Part shown: positions 14,139 through 27,234 of the stretch, one piece after another
Layout of the letters: every line of letters begins with the position of its first letter
Numbering within the stretch: position 1 is the stretch's first letter
NCBI GenBank assembly: GCA_951406725.2
Contig: OX597817.1
Location: forward strand, 50,282,001-50,346,000
Direction of reading: 5' to 3'
Source of the DNA: Octopus vulgaris
Lineage: Eukaryota
Length of the DNA stretch: 64,000 nt
Made by a program: the position numbers and the translations under genes
Notes under the pieces: generated by a model
Databases searched by the model: none
Seen by the model: only the letters and a program-made list of their open reading frames with translations
Told to the model about the DNA's origin: nothing

Positions 14139-14297
14139 CGACCGGCTTCTTTCGTTTTCCGTCTACTAAATCCACTCACAAGGCTTTGAGCGGCCTGAGG
14201 CTATAGCAAAGAACACTTGCCCAAGGTGCCACGCTGTGGGACTGAACCCGGAACCATGAGGGAAACAAGCTACTTACCACACAGCCACTCTTAGGCC
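13800..14297 (-). mobile_element. SINE family B nested in a diverged family A copy (about 13723-14460)
   Basis: Full reverse-complement tail, (CA)n/(TA)n and head; family A head precedes and its Deu/Nin part follows. Confidence 0.85.
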
Positions 14298-15071
14298 TAT
14301 GTTCACATTCCGTAGAGACTTTGCCTTTCACTCCTTTCGGGGTCGATAAAATTAGTAGCAGATGAACACTGGGATCAATGTAATCGACAACCCCGTCAGC
14401 CATAATTACTGACCTTGTGCCAAAATTTGAAATCAGTATTTACGAATAATTCTTATATTACTTGGTGATATCATTCTAAATTCTGACGTTAGTTCGTTTC
14501 CAGTTAACAAATGATTCCAACGATTCGAAGACTTCGTCGCTCTTTGTAATTAGGCTGAATGTATGAGATACCTAGACTTACTCCAGTGGAACTCCAGAGG
14601 GGACCTCTCGCCATCCTTAATTGCTATCTGAAATAAGCTAACGTGTTACGATCTCCTGTTTGGAAATCTCTGGAGGCAACACAAATATATTGCAGTTGAG
14701 ACCATGCATATCAGCTTCCCTATCATTGCATCACTTGGATCATATTACCTCATATACCTTGATGTGAGGGGAAAATGGCTGCTTTTGTTTTTGTTTTCTT
14801 TTCTAGTTGAGTCGAGCAAGTTCGTAAAGATGCCGATGGGGTTTCTTAACATAGCTTATAGTTTCCCGCGGAGGATCGTTATATTATCTATTATAAAGTT
14901 TGACAAGATATCAGAAGAAAATGGACGCAGATTAAACCCCATAATATTTACGTTCATACCTCTATGTCCAGGTCGGAAATTATCTTGCCTCCAGGCTCTG
15001 TTGCATAAATACCCATTAATTAATAGCAGTCCTCTCAATGAAAATATTATCTTTAAATAGTAACAAAATAG

Positions 15072-15243
15072 GGCGGCGAGTTAGCAGAATCGTTACTGTG
15101 CCGAACAAAATACTTAGCGGCATTTTGTCCTTCTTTAAATTCTGGGATTAAATGCTGCCAAGGTGGACTTTGCCTTTCATCATATCGGAGTCGATAAAAA
15201 TGTACCAGTTGTGCACTGGGGTTCATATATTCGACTTAACTCC
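15072..15243 (+). mobile_element. Diverged SINE family A, right arm of the inverted duplication
   Basis: ggcggcgagttagcagaatcgttactgtgccg...gactttgcctttcatcatatcggagtcgata. Confidence 0.8.
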
Positions 15244-15487
15244 CACCCCAGAAAACTTTGCTCCGAGAGAGGTGACATTTTATGTATTTCAAAAAGCTAG
15301 AAATGCATCTACCAGGCCATACTGTTTTACGACCTTTTGTCTAAACAGGATTTTTTTTTTTATCCACGGCAAAAAGCAGTGGAAATGGCTTTTGTACTGG
15401 TCAAATATGTCCCAAATATATTTGAACAGCACATAAATTTAATTTAATGAATATATTGTATTTTCGAGTAAATTTCAGTCTAAATGA

Positions 15488-16313
15488 GGTGTCATATGAA
15501 ATTGTCACCCATAATTATGACCCTAGTATCGATCTATTGCATTTCAATCTGTTTTAGGTTTAGGGTTAGTTAGGGTTAAGGTTTGGGTTAGTGGTGGAGT
15601 GAAGGGTATCCTTTTCTTCAGAAATGTAAATAAACCCACTGTGTTTCTTAAACGAGGGACATATTCATACGGCACAGAATGTTTTCACCTGAATAGACGT
15701 CCGTTGATTGGTTGAAATTGCAGAAATTGAAGAAAAAAAAACAACAAATATCTTACAAACTATAGAATTTTCTCAATAAAGCCATAGGCGCAGGAGTGGT
15801 TGTGTGGTACGTAGCTTGCTAACCAACCACATGGTTCCGGGTTCAGTCCCACTGCGTGGCATCTTGGGCAAGTGTCTTCTGCTATAGCCTCGGGCCGACC
15901 AAAGCCTTGTGAGTGGATTTGGTAGACGGAAACTGAAAGATGCCTGTCGTATATATGTATATATATGTATGTATGTGTGTGTATATGTTTTTGTGTCTGT
16001 GTTTGTCCCTATAGCATTGCTTGACAACCGATGCTGGTATGTTTACGTCCCCGTCACTTAGCGGTTCGGCAAAAGAGACCGATAGAATAAGTACTGGGCT
16101 TACAAAAGAATAAGTCCCAGGGTCGATTTGCTCGACTAAAGGCGGTGCTCCAGCATGGCCGCAGTCAAATGACTGAAACAAGTAAGAGAGTAAGAGAGTA
16201 AAGCCAAGAGAAAACGATGTTTTATAAACACATTCTACCAGTATACGAAGTTTAAAAGTGTTTAGTTACGTGGAAATTATTTTAAAAAACTACCGTTCAA
16301 ACCGAAAATATCC
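15488..16313. mobile_element. Second copy of the TTAGGG MITE, left TIR lost, interrupted by a SINE B
   Basis: Colinear with 5750-6183; right TIR ccgttcaaaccgaaaatatcc. Confidence 0.85.
15785..16198 (+). mobile_element. Full-length SINE family B nested in the MITE
   Basis: Complete head and tail; TSD taaagcca at 15777-15784 and 16199-16206. Confidence 0.92.
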
Positions 16314-16823
16314 TATTTCAGTTTTTCACTGTGTCAAAAACCGAGAAAACTATTTCTAAAATCTACACCCATCCATTGGCCATTTAATTAGGGAAACGAG
16401 TGTAGTTTATAAGAATAGATTTTAGTCGATGATTTAGTTTATAATCATCGATTTCTAGCACGTATTTTTTCAATCCCAGCAAGATAAAAAGCAAATTGAA
16501 ACCAAACGGGAATTGAACTGTGACGGAATTGCCAGAATTAAATAAATATATTTTCGTTATGCTCTCTACTCTGTATGCCAATCTAAAGCTCTCAACTCTA
16601 ATATAACATGCATTATACTTTTATATTTTACTGATATCATTTATTGAAGTGTAATGACGCTGGTATACTTTCTCAAAGTATATTAGTCAATCCAACACAT
16701 ATCGATACCAACACATATTTTAGTCTTTTGTTTTTTTCTACGAAGTACGTTAAGTTTTTATTTTTATCCATTTTTTTCTAATATGGTGTTAGTATTTTAG
16801 CCGAAGGCAACGCGCCAGGAACC

Positions 16824-16862
<39 letters not shown>

Positions 16863-16871
16863 ATGTGTATG

Positions 16872-16936
<65 letters not shown>

Positions 16937-17497
16937 GTATGGAATTTCATTTGTCTACAAATTAGCTATTATTATTCAAACCATGCATTCATGCTTTGAT
17001 GACAATGCACATACAGAATCGCAAAAAGCATCAAATATATAGTATATATGTATGCGTGTGTGTGTGTGAGTGTGTATGCGTGTGTATAACAATGTTTGAG
17101 AGTGTATGTGCTTATATACGTACGTGTGTGCGTGTGAGTGTGTGTGTGCTGTTTCTATAAAAATAGGTGTAATTATTCAAAATATGCAATGAGGGTCGGA
17201 TCAAATACTTAGAAATATTTCTCCCAGTTTACAGTTCTCTATGTTCTGAGTTCAAATTTCGCTGCGATTAAGTTTTCCTTTCATCCTTTCGGGGGCCATA
17301 GAATAAAGGAGTAGACAAGTACAGGGGTTGATGTATGCAATTCTCCCTGTCCACTGGAATCGCTGGTCTCGCGACTAAATTTGAATCTATTTTTCAGAGC
17401 TTGGTTTCATAATAATAATATGCATGAAGTAGAGTAACGAGTATTCTATACAACATGTACGTATGCATACATACATACATACATATATATACATATG

Positions 17498-17549
<52 letters not shown>

Positions 17550-17652
17550 CGCACACACACACGTATATATACATACATATATACATATGTATGTATGTAT
17601 ATATATATATACATACATACATACATACATATGTATGTATGCATATATATAT

Positions 17653-17713
<61 letters not shown>

Positions 17714-17774
17714 TATATATAATATATAAAATTATATATGTGTGTGTGTACTCACACACACACATGTATATATT

Positions 17775-17938
17775 TACGGTGGGTTACTTTCGTTTCCGTC
17801 TACCAAATCCACTCTCAAGGCTTTGGTCGGCCCGAGGCTATAGTAGAAGACACTTGCCTAAGGTTCCACGCAGTGGGACTGAATTTAGAACACTGTGACT
17901 GCTGAGCAAGCTAACAACCACACAGCCACTCTTGCACC
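17775..17938 (-). mobile_element. SINE family B head
   Basis: ttccgtctaccaaatccactc...ccacacagccactcttgcacct. Confidence 0.8.
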
Positions 17939-18094
17939 TATATATTACAGAATATATATGTGTGTATGTATATATATATATATATATATACACGTTTATA
18001 TATTTGTTTTGCAAGATTCTTGATATATATATATAAACTTAGATATGTTTCGACCAAAGATTGGTCCAGGCCATGTCTAACTTAATAGCACCAC

Positions 18095-18152
<58 letters not shown>

Positions 18153-18189
18153 AATGCATATACATACATATGTATATATATATATATAT

Positions 18190-19182
18190 ATTATTATTAT
18201 TATATGTAGAAAAATACAAACTGGGACAAGAACGCAAAACACTTAGAAGACGATACAAAAAACAATGACGGGACATTCGAAGCCTTCAATCTTCAGTCAA
18301 GAACCGGATCATCGTAGCAATTTCGGCTGATTAATCTTGAGATCACTCCGATCCGGCCAGCCCCCAGGAAAAACTAAGCTACGACCATTAGAAAAACTAA
18401 GCTACGAGCATTAGAAAAACGAAGCTACGAGCATTAGATTTCTTGGAAGAAGGATCGAATGTATACGAAATAGGGACAGAAAAACGGACGATGCCACACG
18501 AATATAAAATACAAAAAACAATAATGAAATACAAAAAACAAAAACGAAATACAAAAAGCAATAATGGTAAAAACAGGACGAAAACAGCAGGTGTCTTACG
18601 ACTAATAACAGTACAAGTTAAGCTGGCGTATTTTGGTAAAAAAGCCTTTATCGGCAGACGAAGACAACAGATGTCCTCACGGCGGTGGTCGAAGGCCAAA
18701 AGGCTGATTTTGACCAGCGGTCACGTGACAGAAGAAAGAGAAAAGAAAGGGAGCAAAGGAAACAAAGAGAGAGAGAGAAAAAAAAGGGACGAAGGCAACA
18801 AAGGGGAGAGAAGAGAGAGAAAGAAGGAATTAGAGAGGGGAGAAGGAGTGGGTGTCAAAGAATGACTTGTGAGTGCAAAGTAAGAAAGACAGGGAAATGT
18901 AAGAGTGGGGGAAGAGTAGACCAAAGAATCAGAGGCAAGAAAAGAGAAAAGGGGGAGAAGTAGAGAGAGAGAGAGAGAGAGAGAAGGGGACAGATCAAAG
19001 TAGAATGCAAAGTGTGAAAGGTAGAGAAATGTAGGAGAGAGAGACAGTATATAGAGTCGTACCAAATTTAGAGGAATATGTGCTCACATAAGTGTCAAGG
19101 GGGTACGGACGCTGCCAAATATATTATTATTATATGAAGAAAAATACAAACTGAGACAAGAACGCAAAACATTTAGAAGACA

Positions 19183-19183
<1 letters not shown>
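18190..19183 (-). mobile_element. Non-coding ~1-kb element with ~60-bp direct terminal repeats in a (TA)n tract (Penelope-like non-autonomous candidate)
   Basis: attattattatatg[t/a]agaaaaatacaaactg[g/a]gacaagaacgcaaaaca[c/t]ttagaagac at about 18195 and 19125; internal triplicated 23-mer and GA-rich stretch; diverged relative at 58530-58780; strand inferred from CTGAAGA/GAAA motifs. Confidence 0.55.
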
Positions 19184-19217
<34 letters not shown>

Positions 19218-19541
19218 TTATGAGAGGTGATGGTGTCAATAAAACCCAAAGGTGTCAGGTAATGCTGAGTACGTACTATGGACAGACCATAATTAAGCTC
19301 CAGGTTCGGTGATTATGCGAATATGGAGTCCATCGTAGGTCCTATATCAGCATGTGCATATATAAAAAAAAATTTTTTCAGAATGAGATAAAAATAATCC
19401 AAGTCTGTGAAGATTTTTAAAATCTTATAAAATTCACCAATGCGGTAAAAATTTAATTCTTGTAGGGTAATGAGGACTCATTAGACATGAGTAAAACTAT
19501 ATAAAAACCATGTTGCTTGTAAGGTTTGCAGGAGAATTGTC

Positions 19542-19950
19542 GGATCATTGAACGGCAGTTTTTTCTAGCGGTGTCATATGAAATTGTCACCCATAATTAT
19601 GACCCTAGTATCGATCTATTGCATTTCAATCTGTTTTAGGGTTAGGGTTAGGGGTGGGGCAATGGTATATTTTTTTTCTTTAGAAATGTAAATAAACCCA
19701 ATCTGTTTCTTAAACGAGGGACATATTCATACGGCACATGTGTTTTTTTTCCCTCAATAGACGTCAGTGATTGGTTGAAATTGCAGAAATTGAAGAAAAA
19801 ACAACAAATATCTTACAAACTATAGAATTTTCTCAATAAAGCCAAGGGAAAACGATGATTTATAAACACATTCTACCATTATACGAAGTTTAAAAGTTTT
19901 TAGTTACCTAGAAATTATGTTAAAAGCTGCCGTTCAAACCGAAAAGATCC
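19542..19950. mobile_element. Third copy of the TTAGGG MITE
   Basis: Starts ggatc, ends gaaaagatcc; flanks gaattgtc / gatttgtc (8-bp TSD, 1 mismatch). Confidence 0.88.
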
Positions 19951-19987
19951 GATTTGTCTACTATGCTAATAAAGTTCTTCAAATAAT

Positions 19988-20395
19988 GGAGTGGGTGTAT
20001 GGTAAGTAGCTTGCTTGCCAACCACATGGTTCCGGGTTCAGTCCCACTGCGTGGTATCTTGTGCAAGTGTCTTCTACTATAGCCCCGGGCCGACCAATGC
20101 CTTGTGAGTGGATTTGTTAGACGGAAACTGAAAGAAGCCTGCCGTATATATGTATATATATATATGTATGTGTGTGTATATGTTTGTGTGTTTGTGTTTG
20201 TCCCCCTAGCATTGGTTGACAACCGATGCTGGTGTGTTTACGTCCCCGTTACTTAGCGGTTCGGCGAAAGAGACAGATAGAATAAGTACTGGGCTTACAA
20301 AGAATAAATCCCGGGGTCGATTTGCTCGACTAAAGGCGATGCTCCAGCATGGCCGCGGTCAAATGACTGAAACAAGTAAAAGAGTAAAAGAGTAA
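19988..20395 (+). mobile_element. SINE family B
   Basis: Head, internal (TA)/(TG) tract and tail ending agtaaaagagtaaaagag. Confidence 0.9.
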
Positions 20396-20958
20396 ATAGT
20401 AAAGTGCTTCAACAAGAACCGAAAGTTAGTTTTGAACTCACAAATATGGCGTTTCTTTCTGTGACACATTCATTTTTTTTCTTCCGAACTGTAAGTATAA
20501 CTTGGTCAACCATTTGAAATTATTTTTTCTTCTTCATCATGACAGCTAGCAACATTTACGTATGTTTGCGTTAACATAAAAATCTCTACCAGTGCAACCG
20601 TGAACAAAAGTTCAATTTCAGATATCTGTTTACAACGTCTTCATTACGATAACATATATAACGAGATATATATGTTTTTTATTATTTTCCCCCTATTTAT
20701 CTTACGGAGAGGAAATTCGCAGATCAGGACATAAAGTCCCCTGGAGATTTCATACTTTAAGAGTTTACTTTGAAATCACAAACCACTGTCAATATCAGGT
20801 ATATCACAGGAGAAGAGGAGAGAGTCATACTTGTACGGTCTAACATTTAATTACTCCATGTTTGCCAAATCAAACCATGTTCAACAATAAACTCGTTAGG
20901 CCAAACGGCAGAAGAAGAGACGTATTTCTTAGTTCCAAGAGATGTTGGCATTTTGGGA

Positions 20959-21095
<137 letters not shown>

Positions 21096-21404
21096 TGTGT
21101 GTGTGTTTTCGAATGCATGTGTCCAGACTCGTTTGTATAAATATAAATTTGAAAATGCACTTATGTATGTATGTTTATATGTCTCTGTGTCAGATGAAGA
21201 AGAAATATCAAAAGTCCAGTGAATGATTACTAATAGAAGCACTTTGAATAACCATATTATCTGATGCAGGCACGCATACGCGCATGTTCGCATGCTTGCG
21301 TGTATATATCCCATGCATTTATAAGAGATGATTTATATAAGCTTATATTTTTATGGTAATTTATATATCTATGTATATTTGTATAGATATTTATATATAT
21401 AGAT

Positions 21405-21712
21405 TGGAGGCACAATGGCCCAGTGGTTAGGGCAGCGGACTCGCGGTCGTAAGATCGAGGTTTCGATTCCCAGACCGGGTGTTGTGAGTGTTTATTGAGC
21501 GAAAACATCTAAAGCTCCACGAGGTTCTTGCAGGGAGTGGTGGCGGTCCCTGCTGTACTCTTTCGCCACAACTTTCTCTCACTCTTTCTTCTGTTTGCCT
21601 GCTCGCTTAGCCAGCGGGGTGGCGTCATTTGAAGGCTAAAACAATGCGAAGCATTGTGACCAGCGATGTGTAGCAACATCTGAAAGCCTGGTCACTCACG
21701 GTGATCACAATG
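21405..21712 (+). mobile_element. tRNA-derived SINE family C (tRNA-Arg-like head)
   Basis: ggaggcacaatggcccagtggttagggcagcggactcgcggtcg...ggtttcgattccc with A and B boxes; body ctttcgccacaactttctctcactc shared with 34075-34820 and 41285-41468. Confidence 0.8.
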
Positions 21713-21726
21713 ATTTATATATATGC

Positions 21727-21880
21727 GGGCGGACGGACGGACGGACGGACGGACGGACGGACGGACGTACGTACGTACGTACGTACATACGTACATACAT
21801 ACATACATACATACATACATACATACATACATACATACATACCTACATACATACATACATACATACATACATACATACAT
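21727..21880. repeat. Graded tetranucleotide microsatellite (GGAC)n-(GTAC)n-(ATAC)n
   Basis: Direct reading. Confidence 0.95.
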
Positions 21881-21883
21881 AGA

Positions 21884-22182
21884 AGCACTCCGTCGGTTAC
21901 GACGACGAGAGTCCCAGCTGATACGATCAACGGAACAGCTTGCTCGTGAAATTAACGTGCAAGTGGCTGAGCACTCCACAGCCACGTGTACCCCTAACGT
22001 AGTTCTCTGGGAGATTCAGGGTGACACAGAGTGTGACAAGGCCGGCCCTTTGAAATACAGGTACAACTCATTTTTGCCAGCTGAGTGGACTGGAGCAACG
22101 TGAAATAAAGTGTCTTGCTCAAGGACACAACGTGTCGCCGAGAATTGAACTCACGACTTTACAATCGTGAGCCGAATGCCAA
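21884..22182 (-). mobile_element. tRNA-derived SINE family D
   Basis: Minus strand B box gtgagttcaattctc then ttgtgtccttgagcaagacactttatttcacgttgctccag; tail shared with 41085-41260. Confidence 0.75.
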
Positions 22183-22731
22183 CATACATACATGCATACA
22201 TACATACAAACACGCATACATATAAATGCTTATCCTTTATAAATTACCATGCACGGATCGTGTTATGACCGTGCTAACGTGGTCTTGTGATCTATGTTCA
22301 ATATCATAAAAGATCACTGCCTTACAAGTCTAGGAATAATATCGACTTAGGAAAATTTAATACTGCGACACGGCATATAGATCGTTAGTTAAGCAGCTTA
22401 CGTATCATTAATGCAGAGAGAGAGAAAAGTGTGTAAGATGACTGCATTTTGCAAAGCATCGTCTACGTTTTCATGGATTGGGAAGAGATTGTTATTTAAT
22501 GAAAGTGGAGTGTAACCTGTGGTTGTCTACTTAGTCATTTTTAAAATCTTATGCAATTTGGAGACTTTGCTTATGTCTTTAGATAAATCCTTGTTGTCAG
22601 CGAATGTAACAAGTTTTGTGAATATAGCAGAGCGAGAGACGGTGTGAGTGAGAGAGTGTGTAAGTGAGCGAGAGAGAGAGAGACAGTGACAGATAGAAAA
22701 ACAATGAGAGAGACACAGAAAGTGAAAGAGT

Positions 22732-22783
<52 letters not shown>

Positions 22784-22828
22784 TAGTGTGACAGAGAAAG
22801 TGAAAGCAAGTGCAACAGTGAGAGAGAC

Positions 22829-22982
22829 ATCGATAAATACCTTAGAAATGAGAACTCAGGTTCGAAATTTCCCCAAGACACCTGAAGAAGGCTGGAGAGT
22901 ATATAATCTTGTTTGTTGTGTTAACAAGAAACAAGATGAGGACAAATATCCGTCGAATGTAAATAATGTAAATAATGTAAAC
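22829..22982 (+). mobile_element. Hammerhead-family element (same family as 36230-36381); canonical CTGAAGA at 22882-22888 but GAAA half disrupted
   Basis: aatgagaactcaggttcgaaatttccccaagacacCTGAAGAaggctgg...aaacaagatgaggacaaatatccgtcgaatgtaaataatgta. Confidence 0.7.
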
Positions 22983-23247
22983 TTATAACTGTCCATCTCC
23001 TGATCGTAACCGATGTCTACGCCACTACACTCAACTATTACACTGCTAAGAACCATCAAACAATAACGACAAACATAAGCTTTACGTCCGTTTCTAACAA
23101 CCTTCTATATTAGCAACAGTTTCGATTTAATGGGCCGCGAAATACTCAACAGCTTCGTACTGAATAAAACAAAACGCAGACGCAAAGTATTCAGGGTGTT
23201 AGTGTGTGCAACTATTCTTTCAAGCTGAAGGCATTTTAAGTGTATAT

Positions 23248-23485
23248 TAAAGCGGCGAGCTGGCAGACACGTTAGCACGCCGGGCGAAATGCTTAGCAGT
23301 ATTTCGTCTGTCGCTACGTTCTGAGTTCAAATTCCGCCGAAGTCGACTTTGCCTTTCATCATTTCTGGGTCGATAAATTAAGTACCAGTTACGCACTGGA
23401 GTCGATGTAATCGACTTAATCCGTTTGTCTGTCCTTGTGTCTCCCCTCTGTGTTTCTCCCCCTTGTGGTTAGTAAAGAAATAGGT
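23248..23485 (+). mobile_element. SINE family A monomer with 15-bp TSD
   Basis: TSD attttaagtgtatat at 23233-23247 and 23486-23500. Confidence 0.92.
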
Positions 23486-24472
23486 ATTTTAAGTGTATAT
23501 CTGAAGATTAGGATACAGCAGAAAAGAGGGAGAAAGACAGAGAGAGAGAATGAGAGAGAAGAGCAAAAGAGAGATAGACAGACAGAAAGAGACATACAGA
23601 CTGACACTGAGTGAGAGGGAGAGAGAGAGAGACGGCATGTAGACAAAGTTTTTTTTTCTGTGTGATGTCCTTTGTATGTGCACAATACATATTTTGGCTC
23701 CAGTGGGATGTAAAGCAATCTTGATTTCAGCGGGATTTGAATTCAAAAACATGATGAATAAGACATTGTTTCTGCCAATACATTGCCATGCAATTATGTA
23801 ATAATGAAGAACGAGGCATCGCTTTCCTGCGAAGTTTAAATTTATTTTAAGATTAGTGTGGTCCAGCCTACAATTTCACAAGATCCCAAGCTTTTTCCTA
23901 TTAACATTTGCAAAATATATATTAGTATAACCAAAAGAGTTATTAATGTATCATGCACACAACACAATTCACTTATTGCATTGTGCTGTTGCTCCAGTGA
24001 GATCGTATTCGTCTACGATGTGAATGAATAGATTCAAAGGACTTGGTAGCAGCAATGGAAAATATATATATTGTATTGTAAAGGATTCTGTATATCAAAT
24101 AAGATATATTGAATTAGGTTTCTTTTCGAGGAGCGTCATCTGAAGGGACTGGGGACGGTTAAGAAATAATTTGCGAATAGAATAAAAACATTTATATATG
24201 TGATTATATTATAGACATCTTTAGAAAGTTATCAAAGCTTGCCTGTTCGTATGTAATAAATGTATATACAAGAGTACGAAGACACACAGACATACATACA
24301 CACACATACAATCACATGCACACACGCACCCGCTATAGCACTCCCACGCTCTTTAACATTGATTTATGCATATACATACTTTCACACACGGACACACACA
24401 GGGAAGCTTATAAAAATACTACAAAAGTTTATGGAAGCATATACATACATACATAATACATACATACATACT

Positions 24473-24526
<54 letters not shown>

Positions 24527-24734
24527 AATGTTTGTTCTTATAAGTTATAGTAAAAACAACTTTACATTAATCTGATGGGTTACTCTATATTTTAGTAGAG
24601 TACATATTCATTGTTCTTATACAAGAATGTTGTTGGGGGTAACTTCGAAGTTCCGGACAGTTAAGTCATTTGTTGCATAAGAAATATGTGTGTGTGTGTG
24701 TGTATGTGTACGTACGTACCTATGTATGATACTT

Positions 24735-27230
24735 TGATGCTTTGATAGGTTTCGGCCAGTATTAGCCCAGGCTAATAGCACCACCTGGGTCGACACCAGT
24801 AGTCAAGACCTGTCATGTCATCTATCTTCTTTTGTAATTTACCTTTGGGTGCTTCACTTATCATGATGCTTTGTTTCGTACGAGGAGACCACATGGACAA
24901 CAGTATCCAAGGTGGGGGTCGGGCAACAGTGGAGGTTAGAAGGATAATGGTGTGGATATCTCTCAACTGGAAAGTTCCGAGAATCCAGGAGCACATTCTG
25001 TGAGCCATATCGACTCTGCTGTTTGTGTGAGTAACCCAGCTTATATTGTTGTCTACAAATACCCCCACCAAGTTTCTGATGTTGCTGGATGTCACGGGAG
25101 AGTCACCTGTAGGAATGGAGTATGGGAGTTTCAGGTTATCCCCTTTTCCAAAGTGGATTAACTCAAATTTGTCCTCGTTCAGCGGCATATTGTTCTTTTA
25201 CAGCCATTGGATAAGAGCCAGTAGGTCTGATAGAAGGCATGGCCGGCCACCTACTTCATTGATGACCTTCTGGAGCTTGGAATCATCTGCAAAGAATCTT
25301 ATGTTACTGTGCTTGATGATGTCAGTAATGTCATTGATATAGATGATGAAAAGAAGTGGGCCTAAAACAGTGCCTTGTGGAACACCACTACTGACTTTGG
25401 CTGGACTTGATTTTACTCCTTCGACTACAACGTGTTGGGTTCTGCCTGTCAGGAAACACTTGATCTATTGTAGTGACTTTCCAGAGACACCAGTGTTGGA
25501 TAGTTTGTTCAAGAGAATCTTATGATCAACCCTGTCAAAGGTCTTGCTGAAATCGAGGTAGATGACATCAGTATTCCAGCCCTCTCCCAGAGCTCTCAAA
25601 ACGTCATCAAAGTGATACAGGAACTAAGTTTGGCAGTTCCTTCCATTACGGAACTCATGTTGATTGGGGTTCAGCAGTCGGTTGCTTTCAAGATAGTAGA
25701 TTATTTGTGATCTCACCACCCTCTCAAATACCTTGATGATATGAGAGGTGAGTGAGATCGCGCAGTAGTTCACTGTAAGGAACTTGTTTCGCTTTTTGAA
25801 AACTGGGACAACAGACTAGGACAGAGAGTTTTTAAGGTTAAAGTCAGCATCCAGTGACTTCCTCCACAGATTAGCGAGAGGAGATGCAAGTTGGTGGCCA
25901 CACATCTTCAGGTCACAAGCAGGGATCCTATCGGGGTCTGCTGCTGAATTGCGTTTAATTTCGTTTATTGCCACTAAGATATCGGGAGCACCAAACGTTA
26001 TGTCCTATATAGTGGGTTGGGGGTTGACATCACTGATACAGCCCAGATCGGCGATATCGGAATTGCTGAAGGCAGATGAGTATTGTTTCTGCAGTATCTC
26101 ACACAGGGTAGATTAAAGTCTCCTATCATAAGTATGTTACTATGGCACTTTTGAATAAACGCTTGATACTGTTGAGGCATTCCTTAAAACATAGTATGGG
26201 TGTTTGATAGCCTATAGAGCCCAACTACTATCAGGTTATTGGGTTTGTTGTGCACGGTGACTGATTCACAGTGGCCTCTGCCGTAAAATAATCATGCAGA
26301 AAAATGGCAATTCCACCCATTTTTCTGTCGACACGATTAGCGTGGATGGTTGTGTAATTCCTCACTTTCTCCTCGTTGGCTTCCAAGTGAAAGTTGCCAA
26401 GGTGGATCTCAGTATGAATGAAGAAAGGGATGTGGTGCAGATGGTTACCAACCCAATCCTCAATGAATTGGATATTCCATTTATGTACATTGATGGAAAG
26501 GCCGATACCTTCTGCATTGTGTAGAAATGTGGAGGCTAGCGTAGTGGCAGGTTTTTACTGTTGTAGGGGGCTTTTTTGTGATTGTGTTAGTGACAGCAAT
26601 ATGGGAGTGAACTGAGGTCATAGTAAAGGATGGTGTTGAGTGATGGCTAAAAGGTATTTGTATCTCTTTTGCAAGGCTCAACATGTCTAAAAAAAGAATT
26701 TTCTTGTTAGGGGAGCAGCTTTTGACTAGAGGTGTGGTTGCATTGTTGGATAGGGTTGTCGTTTCCGCTTTTGCTGTGACTTTTGATGATGTTTTTGTGT
26801 CTTTGTGAAAAGACTGGACCAGCATTACAGCAGCAGGGGGTGTTTTTACTGTGGATTGTGTGTTAGCTTGGAGCCCCGTTTCTATTAGTGCGTCGGGTCC
26901 CTGAAAGATGAGTGAAGGGACAGTCATGCAAGCAGACATAGTTTCTCGCAGTTGGAACACCCGTAGATTTTGGGATTCCGACTTATGCGTGTTTTAACAG
27001 TCAATTTACTACTTGGTGGTTTGCCGTTGATGCTATTGTGCGATGCGTTCTTTGGCCTTCTGTGGTAGTGTTTGTCTGCATCATGTGTCTGGTATCAGAT
27101 AAATGTGTGAAAATGCAGTCACTGCGTGTGCAGAGCCTGTGACGTAGTGAATAACGTCATATTTTAGGGGTTCTGACAGTAGGATTGAGATGGCGATATG
27201 GGGGAAGAAAGCAGTGGCTTATTATTAGCA
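24735..27230 (-). mobile_element. Decayed CR1-group LINE (ORF1 remnant, APE and RT fragments)
   Basis: Minus strand motifs IGDFNLP (APE), DVIYLDFSKTFDRVDH, SGVPQGTVLGPLLFIIYIND, FFADDSKL, LNEDKFELIHFG, WSP; multiple frameshifts and deletions. Confidence 0.9.
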
Positions 27231-27234
27231 GTAA

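Noticed and set aside
15773-16181. Recurrent ORFs such as [23 protein letters not shown] suggesting a gene family
   Set aside because: Antisense translations of SINE family B
21405-21480. tRNA gene
   Set aside because: tRNA-like SINE head continuing into a SINE body; no complete cloverleaf
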